NCBI GenBank assembly: GCA_050613775.1
Contig: JBODTK010000014.1
Location: 372,001-436,000 of the forward strand
DNA length: 64,000 nucleotides
DNA from: Neocallimastix sp. 'constans'
Lineage: Eukaryota
Reading direction: 5' to 3'
Position numbers and translations under genes: made by a program. Of the stretch, positions 50,801-62,724 are shown piece after piece. The notes under the pieces are model-generated. The model did no database searches. It saw nothing but the letters and a program-made list of their open reading frames with translations, and had not been told where the DNA came from. How positions within the stretch are numbered: the stretch's first letter is position 1; each line of letters opens with the position of its first letter.

Positions 50801-52220
50801 TAATGTTAAGATATATTTTGAAAAGCCTTCTGCTAATGAGAAACCCATTGCTTCGGTTGATCTCCTTTCGTTCTCCAATGGTATTCTTTTATATGACAAT
50901 CTTATTTATATTCCTGAATGCCTTAGATTTAAAATTCTTTGTTCTTGTCATGATTCTCCTACTGCTGGCCACTTTGGCATAAATAAAACCTCTGACTTAG
51001 TTTCTAGAAATTATTGGTGGCCTGGTATGCATAAGGATATTAAAAAATATATTCGTACTTGTAATGTGTGCTGCGCTTCAAAAGCTCCTCGTCATAAACC
51101 TTACGGTTTACTTAAATCTTTACCCATTGGCAATAATCCTTGGGAATCAATTTCAATGGATTTTATAACAGATCTTCCCTCTTCCAATGGTATGTCTTGT
51201 ATTCTTGTCGTAGTTGATCGCTTTACGAAGATGGCTCATTTTGTTCCCTTTAAATCAGTTCCCTCTGCTGAGGATTGTGCTGAACAATTTCTTAATTCTA
51301 TTTTCAAACTTCATGGTCTGCCAAAGGATATTGTGTCGGATAGAGGTACTCAGTTTACTTCTAAATTTTGGAATAGATTATTTAATTTACTTCATGTTGA
51401 TCTTTGTTTATCATCTGCTCATCATCAGCAAACTAATGGTCAAACGGAGAGGGTAAACGCAATACTTGAACAATACTTAAGATGTTATGTTAATTATCAA
51501 CAAAATAATTGGATAGAATATTTATCTCTTGCAGAATTTGCTTACAATAACACAATACAAGAATCTGCAAATGCTACTCCTTTCTTTCTTAATTATGGGT
51601 TCAATCCTAAATTTGATCCTTCTACTCCAGATGTTTCTATTGTCCCTCGTGCTGAAATTATTGCTAAAGACTTAAAAGAATTAAGAAATGTACTTAAAGA
51701 AAATCTTCAAAGTGCAGTTAATTTTCAAAAAAAATATTATGATGATAAACATATGTCTCCGCCTGAGTTTAAAGTTGGCTCAAAAGTTTGGCTGTTAAGG
51801 AATGATTTAATAAATAATAAAAAAGGTAAACTTGCTCCTAAGAAATCTGGTCCATTTACTATTTTAAAGAAAATTTCAGATGTAAGTTATAAATTAAAGT
51901 TACCAAACTCTTTTAGGGTCTTTCCAGTTTTCCACGTTTCACTTCTTGAGCCAGCCTATGAAAATGAATTTACAGAAAGAAATATCCCAACTCCAAAACC
52001 TATTATACTTAATGGAGAAAAAGAATATGAAGTTGAATCTATTCTTGATTCAAAGAAATTTCATAACAAAATTAAATATTTAATTCATTGGAAAGGTTAT
52101 GATGATTCTGAAAACTCATGGGAACCTTTTGAGAATCTTCATTGCAATAAACTTCTTGCCGAATTCCACAAGAAGTTTCCAAATAAACCAAAACCTAAGA
52201 CGTCTGGAATCCGTCTCTAA
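47892..52220 (+). CDS. Gag-Pol polyprotein (gag, Zn knuckle, protease, RT, RNase H, integrase, chromodomain)
   Basis: 1442 aa with CLYCGQSGHKLINC, LIDSGS, MPFGFKNAP, YIDD, ETDASN, HHCC zinc finger, D-D-E integrase, GPF, and chromodomain YEVESILDS...YLIHWKGY...NSWEPFENL. Confidence 0.97.
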   Translation: MSSSSNDFHFNGDSAKLKGFLAYVGLAIALRPEYFTNDPLKVAYTITLLRDEAMDWAADLMNENNPVLDDFNAFIELMKDRFSDVDAVFNCNQALMHIKQKAYGKVTDYNNEFRRLSEKTDWNEFALMDVYIEGLLPRLQERVISLFPPPAKLNELMRITNRIDHQMTRFATINNYNSRNNSNNNNNSRNNRKYYRFNSSNNRNANSNSFFKSNNDSNYSHLSPEERARRIKEGLCLYCGQSGHKLINCPKRANKPGSSHMARSNSSKKFNKDCIIKCSFNYKNKWIKAKALIDSGSDLNLMDSNFAKINNFKLVHDNLEADNITGIGGGKDVVGKTIPILFKVSNLQVLTEFFVIDLNDKFECLIGSRFLKENKSSIDFNNNILSFCNSNNNASDSSFVESIPSTSVNSTSLSLTSNTSDSISSKPAYSSSCTPNNSLFDNSSISPSVLKNSIASSPNMDTPNKTLPAIYLEFSDVFSEEEAKILPPHSSFDCAIDLKPNTKLYYSAIYPLTIPEEIALEKIIKDYLKYGFIVRSKSEAGHPILFAPKDNGELRMCIDLRKLNEITIRDSYPMPLTTVIFNKAPGHKYYSKLDLKSAYFQIRIRSGDEYKTAFVCSLGHFEFRVMPFGFKNAPACFQRMIDTALSDYLGKFCYAYIDDIIIFSDDLSEHHLHVKKVLLQLRKFHLHVNLEKCEFDKFEVKFLGYYVSSDGLKMDIKKVSAILDWPAPTTVKEVQSFLGLANFYRRFIKNFAKIAYPLNKLTRKNVPFVWSKDANDSFELLKRSFTSAPILIPADPNSQFFVETDASNFALGCILSQVSSKDNKLHPIAFYSRAFTSAECNYPIYDKELLAIKTAFETWRYYLEGAKNTIKVLTDHRNLLYFKKPEQLSQRLIRWSMFFTRFDFQIEYRPGSRGGKPDALSRRPDYDNHEPAKPYQVLKPENFCFTSSISIESNLQDEIKKCYSKNPFFNNVKIYFEKPSANEKPIASVDLLSFSNGILLYDNLIYIPECLRFKILCSCHDSPTAGHFGINKTSDLVSRNYWWPGMHKDIKKYIRTCNVCCASKAPRHKPYGLLKSLPIGNNPWESISMDFITDLPSSNGMSCILVVVDRFTKMAHFVPFKSVPSAEDCAEQFLNSIFKLHGLPKDIVSDRGTQFTSKFWNRLFNLLHVDLCLSSAHHQQTNGQTERVNAILEQYLRCYVNYQQNNWIEYLSLAEFAYNNTIQESANATPFFLNYGFNPKFDPSTPDVSIVPRAEIIAKDLKELRNVLKENLQSAVNFQKKYYDDKHMSPPEFKVGSKVWLLRNDLINNKKGKLAPKKSGPFTILKKISDVSYKLKLPNSFRVFPVFHVSLLEPAYENEFTERNIPTPKPIILNGEKEYEVESILDSKKFHNKIKYLIHWKGYDDSENSWEPFENLHCNKLLAEFHKKFPNKPKPKTSGIRL

Positions 52221-52230
52221 GGGAGAGAGT

Positions 52231-52889
52231 TATAACAGAATCAATAATTACAATTATTTTATTATTTTAATATTTAGTATTATTTTTCAATAAAGTTTTA
52301 AAACAAATAATTAAATTTAAAAAATATTATTTCTGGTATAGTTGTTAGTAACTAATACCATGAATCAAACTACTTAGGGTTCGATTCACATTTATTATTA
52401 TTTTATAGTTTTATTCTAAAAAATATCTAGAAGATTCTTTATAGTTCAAGAAATTACTAGAATTTCTTGATAATTCTTGTGTTTAATTAATTAAAATTTA
52501 TTCTATTAAATTCTTAATTCTATTGTTTTCTATTTTTTCTAAATTTTTCGATTTTTAAGAACTTTTTAGAAACTTTTATTTTTATTTTTTAATAACTTTA
52601 ACTTTTGAAAAAAATATAAATATGAGTAAAATTCTTATTAACAAATATTCTTTTCTTTGTGTTTTTTATTTTAATTTTGTTTAGCTAATAAAACTTAATT
52701 TTTTAATAAAACTTTTTTTAATATTAATACTATATCAACCCTTGCGGCTTATAGTATTATAATAAATATAATTAATAAAATAATTATAATAAAAGAAAAA
52801 AAAAAAAAAAAAAAAAAAAATAAATAAAAAATAAAATAATTTTTGTTTTTTTTTGAGTGTTATTATATTTATTATAATATTTTGTTATA
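52231..52889 (+). repeat. 3' LTR (659 bp)
   Basis: Follows the PPT directly and matches the 5' LTR. Confidence 0.93.
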
Positions 52890-53779
52890 ATTATATTATA
52901 ATTTTATTCAATTATTTTCTATAAAGTTCTAAGGAATTCCTTATCATTCTAAAGATTTCCAAAGAGAATTTTTAATTAATATTTTATTTTATTTTTTATA
53001 TTATTTTATTATTAATTAGTTTTAGTAAATTGTTTTTTGAATAATTACATAGTTATTTTATTAAAGGATTCTTATCAATATTATTTTATTATTATATTTT
53101 ATATAGTTTATATACTTGTATGAATATATTAAGATTATAATGTATTATTTAATTATATTGTTAATTATTATTTTAGTTTAGTATAAAAAGGAATTGAAAT
53201 TCCATCCTTTGAAAACTTTATAAGATTATTAACCTTTTAACCTATTAACATAACGTTAATATATTAATTATAACAATAATAATTCTTAATATAAATATTA
53301 GTAAATTTTATTATTAAAATATATATTAAATAAAGTTTTAATAAAACATAAATCTTAAAGATTGAATTCTTAATTATAAAGCTTTGTGTGTGTCAATAAT
53401 TATTTAAATTTAATTAATTGTTATAATTAATACAAACATCTTGACCTGACCAATTTAACCCAAAACTCAAGAATCTTTATGCAATCGTAACCTTTCTCAT
53501 AAACAAAACCCAAATAAAGCTTGACATAATAATTCTTTACTTATTTGTACTTTCCTATATTCTTGATAACTTAAACCTAATTATAAAAATAATTTATTTT
53601 GATATAAATTAAATTAAACTTTGTAAATAATTTTAAATCAATCTTAATTAATTTATTGTTTATATTATTAAAATAATTATATATTAAAATACTATTGTAA
53701 ATATTAAAAATTATAAATTTTTTAAATAAGATATTATTATGTTTATCAAAAGTATTAATTAAATATTATTATCAAAAAT

Positions 53780-54305
53780 TAGGAGACGAGATATTGGACT
53801 TTAAAGAAATTTTAATTTTAAAAAATAATATAATTATTTTAAATAGACCCTAAATTATTAATTAATATATTATATAGATAAAATCTCTAAACTTGAAATT
53901 TATATTACTAATTTTTATAAACAAATATTAATAATATAAAAATACAGAATTAGTAATTAGTAACAGTCTATGTTATTTTAAATAAGTTTATAAGATTTAT
54001 ATATTTTATTATTACATAATTTATTCAATAATTTTCTAAAAGATTCTAAGGAATTCTTTATAATTGTAAAGATTTCCAAAAGAGACTTTTAATTAGTTTT
54101 AATAGTTTAATTCATTTTATTTTTATCTTATACTATATTATTATTAAAATTGAATTCTTAACTATAAATTTTGTGTGTGTCTTTAATTATTTAATTTTAA
54201 TTAATTGTTATACTTAATACAAACATCTTGACCTGACCGATTTAACCCAAAATTTGAGAATCTTTAAACAACTTAACCCGTAACCTTTCTCATAAACTAA
54301 ACCAC
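53780..54305 (+). repeat. Degenerate copy of the older LTR-like repeat that the intact Gypsy interrupts
   Basis: TAGGAGACGAGATATTGGACTTT... matches 45784-46017 and continues into sequence matching 52895-53520 (TTCTAAGGAATTC, AAACATCTTGACCTGACC), so it acts as an empty-site analogue. Confidence 0.75.
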
Positions 54306-54509
54306 GAAAAATTTAATAATAGTATTAAATCAAATTTAGAAAAAAAATAATTTAGAAATATTAATTCGTTATCAAGTTTTAATTAAATTATTTATTATAA
54401 TTTTTATTTCAATTTAAATTTTTATAATAAATTAAATATTTTATTGAATATTATTTATAAAATATCACTATTAATTATTAAATATGTTTTTAATAATTTC
54501 TATAAATTT

Positions 54510-54930
54510 TGTTAGAAATAAAGTTTAATATTAAATATAAATAAATAAATGAATAAATAAATAAATTTATTATAATAATAATTTATAAATATTATATAAA
54601 TTATTAATATTCAAAAAATTATAATAAAATGTATAATGTGGCGTATAATAATTTTATAAAATCACATGTTTTTATTATTTTATGTATAATTATTATAGAT
54701 AGTTATATTTAATATTTTATTATGTAGTAAATTAATAGATGATCCTATTTATATAAAAAATAAAATATATTAATAAATTTAATTAATTTAAAAAAAGTGT
54801 TAAGAGTCTCAGGTGTCTTATTTTTAATAAAATAAAAAAATTAACTAATATGAATAAGCCGGAAAATAGAATAAAGGATCTTTTAGATGGAACAAATTTC
54901 CATCTATGAAAAAATCAAATTTATTTATTA
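54510..54930 (+). mobile_element. Copia remnant (LTR, degenerate PBS, start of gag)
   Basis: TGTTAGAAATAAAGTTTAATATTA resembles the Copia LTR start at 62251. GTTAAGAGTCTCAG at ~54799 resembles a copia GGTTATGAGCCC-type PBS. It is followed by MNKPENRIKDLLDGTNFHL*KNQIY, like the copia gag N-terminal motif. Confidence 0.5.
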
Positions 54931-54931
54931 T

Positions 54932-55524
54932 TGTAACAAGCTGGTCATTTATAGCAATAGGCAACACTGGAAAATTAATAATAAGTTAAAATGTTTTTTA
55001 AAAAATTTTGTTTTATTAATTTATTAAAATAAAATTTATTAAAGTAATTATTTATTAATTAATTAACTAATTTTGTAATATATCAAATTACTTATTATTA
55101 ATTGATTAATTAATAAAAGCACGAATTAAAATATTTCTTTTGTGAAAATTTACTCATATTTATACTTTTTACAGAAAAACAGTTTGTATGATTTTCAAAA
55201 ATTTTAGAATCTTAGAAAAATCGTTTAAAACTGATTTTCTCGGTTAATTTAGAAACTAATGGAAAAAAGGATAAAATAAAATAAAAAAATCATTTTAATT
55301 ATTAAGAATTTCTATGAAATTCTTAAAGAAAATACAGAAAGAATTAACTAGAACAATGAAAATAAAATATTCAAAAAGTAGGTTAAAGTGTGAATCGAAC
55401 TACTCGAGTTCGATTCATGGCTATAGCTCTAACCGCTATACCAAGATTTCCTTTTACAAATTTTGATAAAGAATAGAATAATGATATTTTTAATTAAATT
55501 TTTAATAATTAATTATATGTTAAA
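54932..55524 (-). repeat. Solo LTR related to the LTR family of the intact chromovirus
   Basis: The minus strand shares TGGTATAG..GTTAG...CCATGAATC.AAC...GTTCGATTCAC and TATAAATATGAGTAAA with 46018-46677 and ends TTGTTACA at 54932. The other boundary is approximate. Confidence 0.6.
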
Positions 55525-56487
55525 AAGTAAACAGATTGAATTTAACGAGGAATCAGGTTGATATATCTATATAATATAACTATATAGATATAAGTAAATT
55601 ACTAAAATAAAAGAGTTATAAAGTTAAATTTGTTAATTTAACACTTAATTAAAACTAATAATTGGTTTGATATGATAAAAATTTTTATTTATTAATAAAA
55701 TATATAGTTATATTATAATAGGTTAACTATAACCTTACAAAGAACAAAAAGATAAATTTGAATTTTCTTTTTATACTTTGTAGGTTTGAGAATATTGATA
55801 ATAATAATATAAAGTTGATAATAATAATATTTAGTATAAGAATATGTTTAATATAAATAAATTATATTTTTTAATCTAATATATTAGCTAATATATATAA
55901 TATAATATTAAATTTAAATATTTAATATAGTAATTAATAATTAATAATTAATTAAATCAATATAACATAAATTAATACATAAACATTAATTTATGAATCA
56001 AGGATGACATGACCAAATGATTCATGTTAATAAATATTTTATTTATTAATAATATTTAAGTTTAATATGATATCATTAGAATCAGTAGGCCTAAGCTGGT
56101 CCTAAGATGATCAAATAACTTATAATATTATAAAATAAATAAAATTTAAAGAATAATTAATGAATTATAAATTTTTATTAATTATTTTGTTTTTAATAAT
56201 TTTAATTGAAATTAATTGAAATTGAAATTTAATTCAGTTGTAATTTCAACATTATATAAAAATATATTATTATATTCTTTACTATTAATAATAAAAATAA
56301 TAAATAATAAATAATAAATAATAAATAATAAATAATAAATAAGAAATAAAAAAAAAAAAAAAAAAAAAAAATAATTGTGGTAAGAAAATAAGAAAGATAT
56401 TATTATTAAAAGTAATATTTATTTAGTATAGAATATAAAATTTTCTATAAAAAATATATAAAAAGAAATAGACCGTCCCAATCTTTT

Positions 56488-56505
56488 TGGTGGAGAAATC
56501 CGGGC
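56488..56505 (+). other. tRNA primer-binding site (tRNA-Ala-like) of a truncated Gypsy element
   Basis: TGGTGGAGAAATCCGGGC is complementary to a 3' end of the ...TCTCCACCA (tRNA-Ala) type. It lies ~600 bp upstream of a gag-like ORF. Confidence 0.65.
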
Positions 56506-57117
56506 GTGTCTATTAGAAAATTTTATGAAAATAAATTAAATAATTATTTAAATTATATAAAACGAGAACAAGTAAACAATATAATTGTTGAAAGTTTTTG
56601 TTTTAAATTATAAATATTAATAAAATAATAGTAATAAAAAAATACTAATAAAATTAGATAATAATAATAAAAAAAAAAAAAAAATATTAAATTATAATTA
56701 ATAGATATAGTAATATAGATAATTATAGTTATTAAGTTATTTAGTATAAGTTATATAAAGATATAATTATATAAGAATAAATAATATTATTATTAGGTTA
56801 TATGGTAGATAATAAATAATAAATATTAGTTTTAAATATAAGTTATATAAATATAGTTATTGGTGAATAAATAATAACATAATTAGAATTTAGGAATAAT
56901 TTATAAAAGCAATATTTATTTGAATATAATAATAATATATACGAATAATAATATTTTCATTATCAATACCACAATTATTGAATTATATTAAGGGTTCAAA
57001 GAGTAATATTCTTCATCAATATATATAATCTTATAAAAAAATAATATATATATACATAATATACATAAAGTATAAATTTAAATAAAGAAAAATATATATC
57101 AATACTAATAAAATTAA

Positions 57118-57830
57118 ATGTTGGACGTATCAAAGATAAATAAAGAACTCCTCTATCTGGAAAATTACGGCAAAAATGTATTTGAGTGGATAGAAGATTT
57201 GAAAGATTTACTCACTCTCTATGATATAACGGAGTCCAAGAAGGCTTTTGCGTGGGTTTTGGCATCCGTGGAAGATGACGTAAAGGATATAATAAAAGCA
57301 TTAGTAACCAGAAGAAATAATGAAATCCACTATCCAAAGTTTAGTGAAATAAAGAAATCGGTGGAGGAATATTTGGAAATTACAGAAGGGGATAAATGGA
57401 GCATATTAAGAAATATGAACATTGCAGAGGAAGAAACAATAAAAAAATTTAATTATAGATACAGAAGATATTATCATAACCTTAACAGAGAATATCAATA
57501 ATTGATTACTGTTAAGGAATACCAAGAAGCTATTAGTTCTAGGATCTTTCCATGCTCACAAGTTGCTTTGGCAAGAGTTACTGATCTACAGGAAGCATAC
57601 AGAATTGCAGAATTAGCTGAAAAGACAGAAAATGAAATAAAGGAGAAAAATGAAAACAATGGACCACGAGCTAGAAGAGGTCTCAAAAATATATCTATGT
57701 TTACGCAGAATAATAATTATATGATGGGTCATCCATTCTATCGTGGATTCATTAATGAAGAAGTGAGTTATCCTACGTATAATGGATTCAATAGAATGAA
57801 TAATACCGGTAATAGAAGAAATTTAAATTC
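57118..57830 (+). pseudogene. Truncated gag-like ORF of an LTR retrotransposon
   Basis: Two track ORFs in the same frame separated by a single TAA (57499-57501). Helical capsid-like pattern VFEWIEDL...EETIKKFNYRY...LQEAYRIAELAE, downstream of the PBS. Confidence 0.65.
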
Positions 57831-58513
57831 AAAACTGGTTAAAATGTCTCCAAGTTATTTTCTTGAAAAAAATTTCGTCTGAAAACTAAACTTGCTCTGT
57901 TCGGTTTACGCAAGTGGGGTTAAAGCCGAGAAACCGTGCTTTTTGTTTCTTTTGGTTGTGAGTCCTTGGAGGAAGCGTACTAGGCTTTTTTCTATCTATG
58001 CTGACCGGAAACAGTGATTACTAAAGTAGATGACAAATCTTGACCTTAGTATGCGGAGGGAGGTAATGTTAATTAGCGATACTTCTTCTTTTAGTATCAC
58101 CTATTGCCACAATAAATATATACGTGTAAAAAACTTGTTTAAAGAAAACACGATGCGAAATAAGTTTCAACAAATACGAATTATTAATTAATGTTTATGT
58201 TTTGTATTATATTTTATTTATTTAAGTTTTTAATATTTTTATTAATATATAATTTTTATAATAATTTTTAAAGAAGAAAAACTTATTAAGTATTTTATTT
58301 TTATAGATAAGAAACCGTTATCTATATTATATTATTTATATCTTACAAGTTTTTCAAGAAAATAACAAAGTTTTAAAATTATAAGAAAATTACATGTTTT
58401 TATATTAAAATATTTATTTAAAGGTATCAGTTCTATTCACTGACTTATAACCTATACTATTGGATAATAATAATATAATTAATTAATATTTAAATTTAAT
58501 ATGTATTATTAGT

Positions 58514-58656
58514 TTAAGTCTCAAAATGTAAGTGGCTTAACCAATCAGCTATGTCGTTGGTTTTTCCCTTAATATATCTTCCTGTAACTTTGTATTGTAA
58601 TAACCTTTCAATGTATCTTTTTCTACGATTGTCTACAATCTTCTGGGAGCTTCCAT
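58514..58656 (-). pseudogene. Gypsy RNase H C-terminal fragment
   Basis: RRKRYIERLLQYKVTGRYIKGKTNDIADWLS matches the RH end motif (RW..L..Y.....Y.KGK.N..AD.LS). Confidence 0.6.
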
Positions 58657-59487
58657 TTAATATATCATAATGACAAAATAGTTTAAAATAAAAACAGATA
58701 TATAAATATATACAACACAGTAATAACACAGATATAAAAGATATATATATAATTTCATATATACAATATAATAGGAATAGTATAATAATATAGCATAAAT
58801 ATAACATAAATAATAATATATATGTAATAAAATATATATAAATATAATAAGAATAGTAAAATCATATATGATTAAATAGTAATACACATAAGAAATAACA
58901 TATATACAATATATAATAAGAATAACATAAGTATAAGATAATATTATCATACAAAAAAAATAATATATATAATAAAATATTAAGAGCAATATATAATAAT
59001 ACAAACAACGACGTATAATGAATAATATTTATATATAATCAATAATATATAAGGTAGTATTATTACAGGTACAACACACAATGTTAAGGAATATAAATAT
59101 AATAAATAATAATTTTCACTCACAATAATTAAATATAATTAAATTCATAATAAAATTGTACATATAATATGATACGATAAATACTAAGGAATTGATCATA
59201 ATAAAATATATATAATGACAAGCATACTACAATAAAATACAATAATATAATATAAATATATAAATATATATATACAATATATAATATAGACAGAGGTATA
59301 TACAATAAATAATAATATAGATATATAAATATATAATGATAAGTTAGTACAAAAAAAAATAATATTTACATTTCAAAATTTAGATTTCAAATTTATAAAA
59401 AAAAAAAAAAAAAAATTTACATTTCAAAATTTAGATTTCAAAATTTACACACAAAAAAAAAATATTAAATATTAAATATATACATAC

Positions 59488-59533
<46 letters not shown>

Positions 59534-59534
59534 T

Positions 59535-62506
59535 ATTGATCATCATAACTATATTCAAAAAGAAAATAATAATTATTTTCAAAATGAATATAATAATTAT
59601 CTGAATTTAAATAATAATTTAAATAATAATTTAAAAATTTTAAATATTAATAATTTATTAAACAATGACAAAACAAATCAAAATCAAATAAATCTAATTG
59701 CTGAAAATAAAAATAAAAGGGAGGACATTTTAAATAAAAAATAAAGAGGAAGAAGAAAACATAAATAAGAAAACAGGAAATAAGGTAATTATGAATGAAA
59801 CTGTAAGTAAACAAAGTAAGATGAATGTAAATAAACAAGAAAATATAAATTTAAACAATTTAAATGTAAATAATCTAATTAACAATGAAGAAGTACCAAA
59901 TAAACAAAAAGAAACCTTAAATATCGAGAATAAACCTGAAGAGAACAATGAAAATAAAAATAACAAACAAGAAAAACAGGAGTTAACAATAACAAACGAA
60001 TTAAATGCAAATAATAAATTTAATTTTTCAATTTCAAATTCAAATTCTAAAAATGTAAACAAACAATTAAATAAAAATGTAAACAGTGTAAACAATGGAA
60101 CAAAGGTAATAGATCAGAGTTTAAATATTCAGGACAATAAAGAAAAAGAATATATTAATAAAAGGAAATTAACAAATAAAAATAGAAATGTTCAAATAAA
60201 TAATGATATTGAAATTTTAAATGACAATTTAAATTTAAATGAAAAAATTATGAATAAACAGCTAATGAATAATTTATCAAATCAAATAAACAATGATAAT
60301 ATTGAAAATAATAATAAAGATAAAGATAAAAATACAAAAAATAACCAAAGCAATAAATTATACACAAACTTAAAGAATATAAATTTAAATTTAAATGTAA
60401 ATTCAAATAACAATTCAATACATAATAAAAGTAATTTAAAAATAAAGAAGAAAAATAAAGAATATAAAAATAATGAAGACTTAAAGAAAAATATAAACAA
60501 AGAAAATGATATATCAGATATAGAAGTGGAAGAAAAACTAGAAGAACAAGGTAAGAAAAGAAAACAAAAGAATAAAATGTTAAAAAGTAAAAAGAAAAAG
60601 AAAGAAATTAAAAAGGTTAAATTAAAAGTAAATAAAAAAGATAATTCAAATGAGTATAAATTAAATTACGATAAAAAATTCTCGTTTAATAGTTTATCAA
60701 TATTAAGTGAACCAAAAAACTATAGAGACATATTTAATAAAAGAGACAAAGAGCTATGGTTGGATGCTCTTAACAGTGAATTTAATAGTTTAGAAAAATT
60801 AAAAGTATATGATAAAGTAAAGAAAGTTAAAGAGGGGATAAACATAATTACCCCCAGAATTATTTTTAAATATAAATTAAAACCCGACGGCACTATTGAA
60901 AAGAGAAAAGCAAGAGTTGTCGCTCGTGGTTATACACAAAAGGAAGGAATCGATTTCAATAAAACCTTCTCTCCTACATTAAGACAAAAATCACTTAGAT
61001 TACTTACAGCAATTGGTGTTCAAAATAATTTTAAAATACACCAATTAGATATAAAGACAGCATATTTAAACGCAAAGTTAAAAGAAGAAATTTATATGTA
61101 CCCACCAGAAGGTCATAAAGACCACAGTAAATACATTTGGAAATTAAATAAAGCACTTTACGGACTCAAACAATCCGGTCGTGCTTGGAATGACGAGTTA
61201 AATGATAAATTATTAAAAATGAATTTTAAAAGATTAGTTAGTGATCCATGCATATATATTAAAAGGGACATAAATAATAACATTATCTGTATAATTGGTG
61301 TGTACGTTGATGACATACTATTAACAGGTACAGATAATGAAATAAACAAAACTAAAACTTTACTAACAAAATATTTTGAATTATCAGATTTAGGCGAAAT
61401 AAAATATATTATTGGAATCCAATTTAAAAAATTAAAAGATGGTTATTTAATCCATCAAGAAAAGTATATAAATGATATTTTAAATAAATTTAATTTTAGT
61501 GAATTAAAACCAACATCAAATATGACACCTACTCAAGACATAAAACTAAAAGAAAAACTATTTAACGCCAAAAAATATCAACAAGTAATAGGAAGCCTCT
61601 TATATCTGGCAACGTGCACAAGACCAGATATATTATTCGCAGTAGTAAAGACATCAAGGAATGCAAGTAAACCTTCGCAATACGATTGGGAAAATGTGAA
61701 GAAGATTATAAGATACTTAAAAGGAAATCTAAATTATGGTATAAAATATACAAGAAATAAAAATTTAAATATTTATGTAGATGCTGATTACGCAGGAGAT
61801 AATGACAGCAGAAGGTCTACTACTGGGTATATTATTAATTTCGATTCAGGTCCTATTACCTGGTATTCGAAATTACAACAATTCATAGCTTTGTCAACAG
61901 CAGAAAGTGAATATTATGCAATCGTAGAGTGTGCAAAAGAATGTTTATGGCTAAAAAATGTATTTGAAGAACTAGGAATAAAAAATAAAGAAATGATAAT
62001 AAATTCAGACAATCAAGCAGCAATATTCAATTGCGAAAATAATACAATAAATCCAAAATCAAAACACATTAATATTCGATATCATAAAATATGAGAATTA
62101 ATTGAAAATAACATTATCAAAATCAGATATATAAAAACGATAAATAATCTAGCTGACGGTTTTACAAAATTTTTAAATGGAAAGTTAATGAATAATTTTA
62201 GAAATAATTTGCTTACAAAATTTTAAAATAATATCAAACTTTAGGAGGGATGTTGAAAATAAAGTTTAATATTATTCCTATTTCATTATTAATTATATAG
62301 TTATACAAATTTATATATAGTAAAATTTATAAAGTAAATTTATGTATGTAAAATGTGGCTTGCTACATTATAAATATTTATGTAATACATTTATGATTCA
62401 TGTAATGTTATTGTTATGATATATTAAGATGTATATTATATTATTTTTAATAAAATGAAGTTAATAAAGTAATTTCAATTGATCAATTTACATTTAATTT
62501 TCATCA
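59535..62506 (+). mobile_element. 5'-truncated Ty1/Copia retrotransposon (IN-RT linker, RT, RNase H, PPT, 3' LTR)
   Basis: PPT AGGAGGGA followed by LTR TGTTGAAAA...TTTTCATCA (62251-62506). No gag, integrase core or 5' LTR. Confidence 0.88.
59791..62226 (+). pseudogene. Copia reverse transcriptase/RNase H with a premature stop
   Basis: KARVVARGYTQKEGIDF, QLDIKTAYLN, LNKALYGLKQSGRAW, YVDD, YVDADYAGD, STAESEY, SDNQAA, KHINIRYH. A TGA at 62092-62094 is followed in frame by ELIENN...NNLADGFTK... to 62226. Confidence 0.93.
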
Positions 62507-62516
62507 ATATACATAC

Positions 62517-62554
<38 letters not shown>

Positions 62555-62724
62555 TAATAATATTCATACATAATAACTATGATTTTTAGATATTAGCCAA
62601 TTAAATTAAACTAGAATAAATATAATATTTTAATTTTTTTTTTTAGAATAATATTTTTTTTTAGAGAAATTATATATAAAATAAGGACTTCAAGGGACGA
62701 AGTCTACTCAAAGCAGGGGCGTCT

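Larger units (their letters stand above)
46018..52889 (+). mobile_element. Intact Ty3/Gypsy chromovirus LTR retrotransposon; TSD ATTAT; TA...TA LTR termini
   Basis: LTRs at 46018-46677 and 52231-52889 appear identical apart from poly-A length (26 vs 25). ATTAT lies at 46013-46017 and 52890-52894. PPT GGGAGAGAGT at 52221-52230. Single uninterrupted gag-pol ORF. Confidence 0.97.

Noticed and set aside
55380..55445. Functional tRNA gene
   Set aside because: Has A/B-box-like motifs but no acceptor stem or anticodon arm; kept only as an LTR structural motif.
57499..57501. Programmed stop-codon readthrough in gag (likewise the Copia TGA at 62092)
   Set aside because: Both stops fall mid-domain in truncated elements and are best explained as single-base nonsense mutations.
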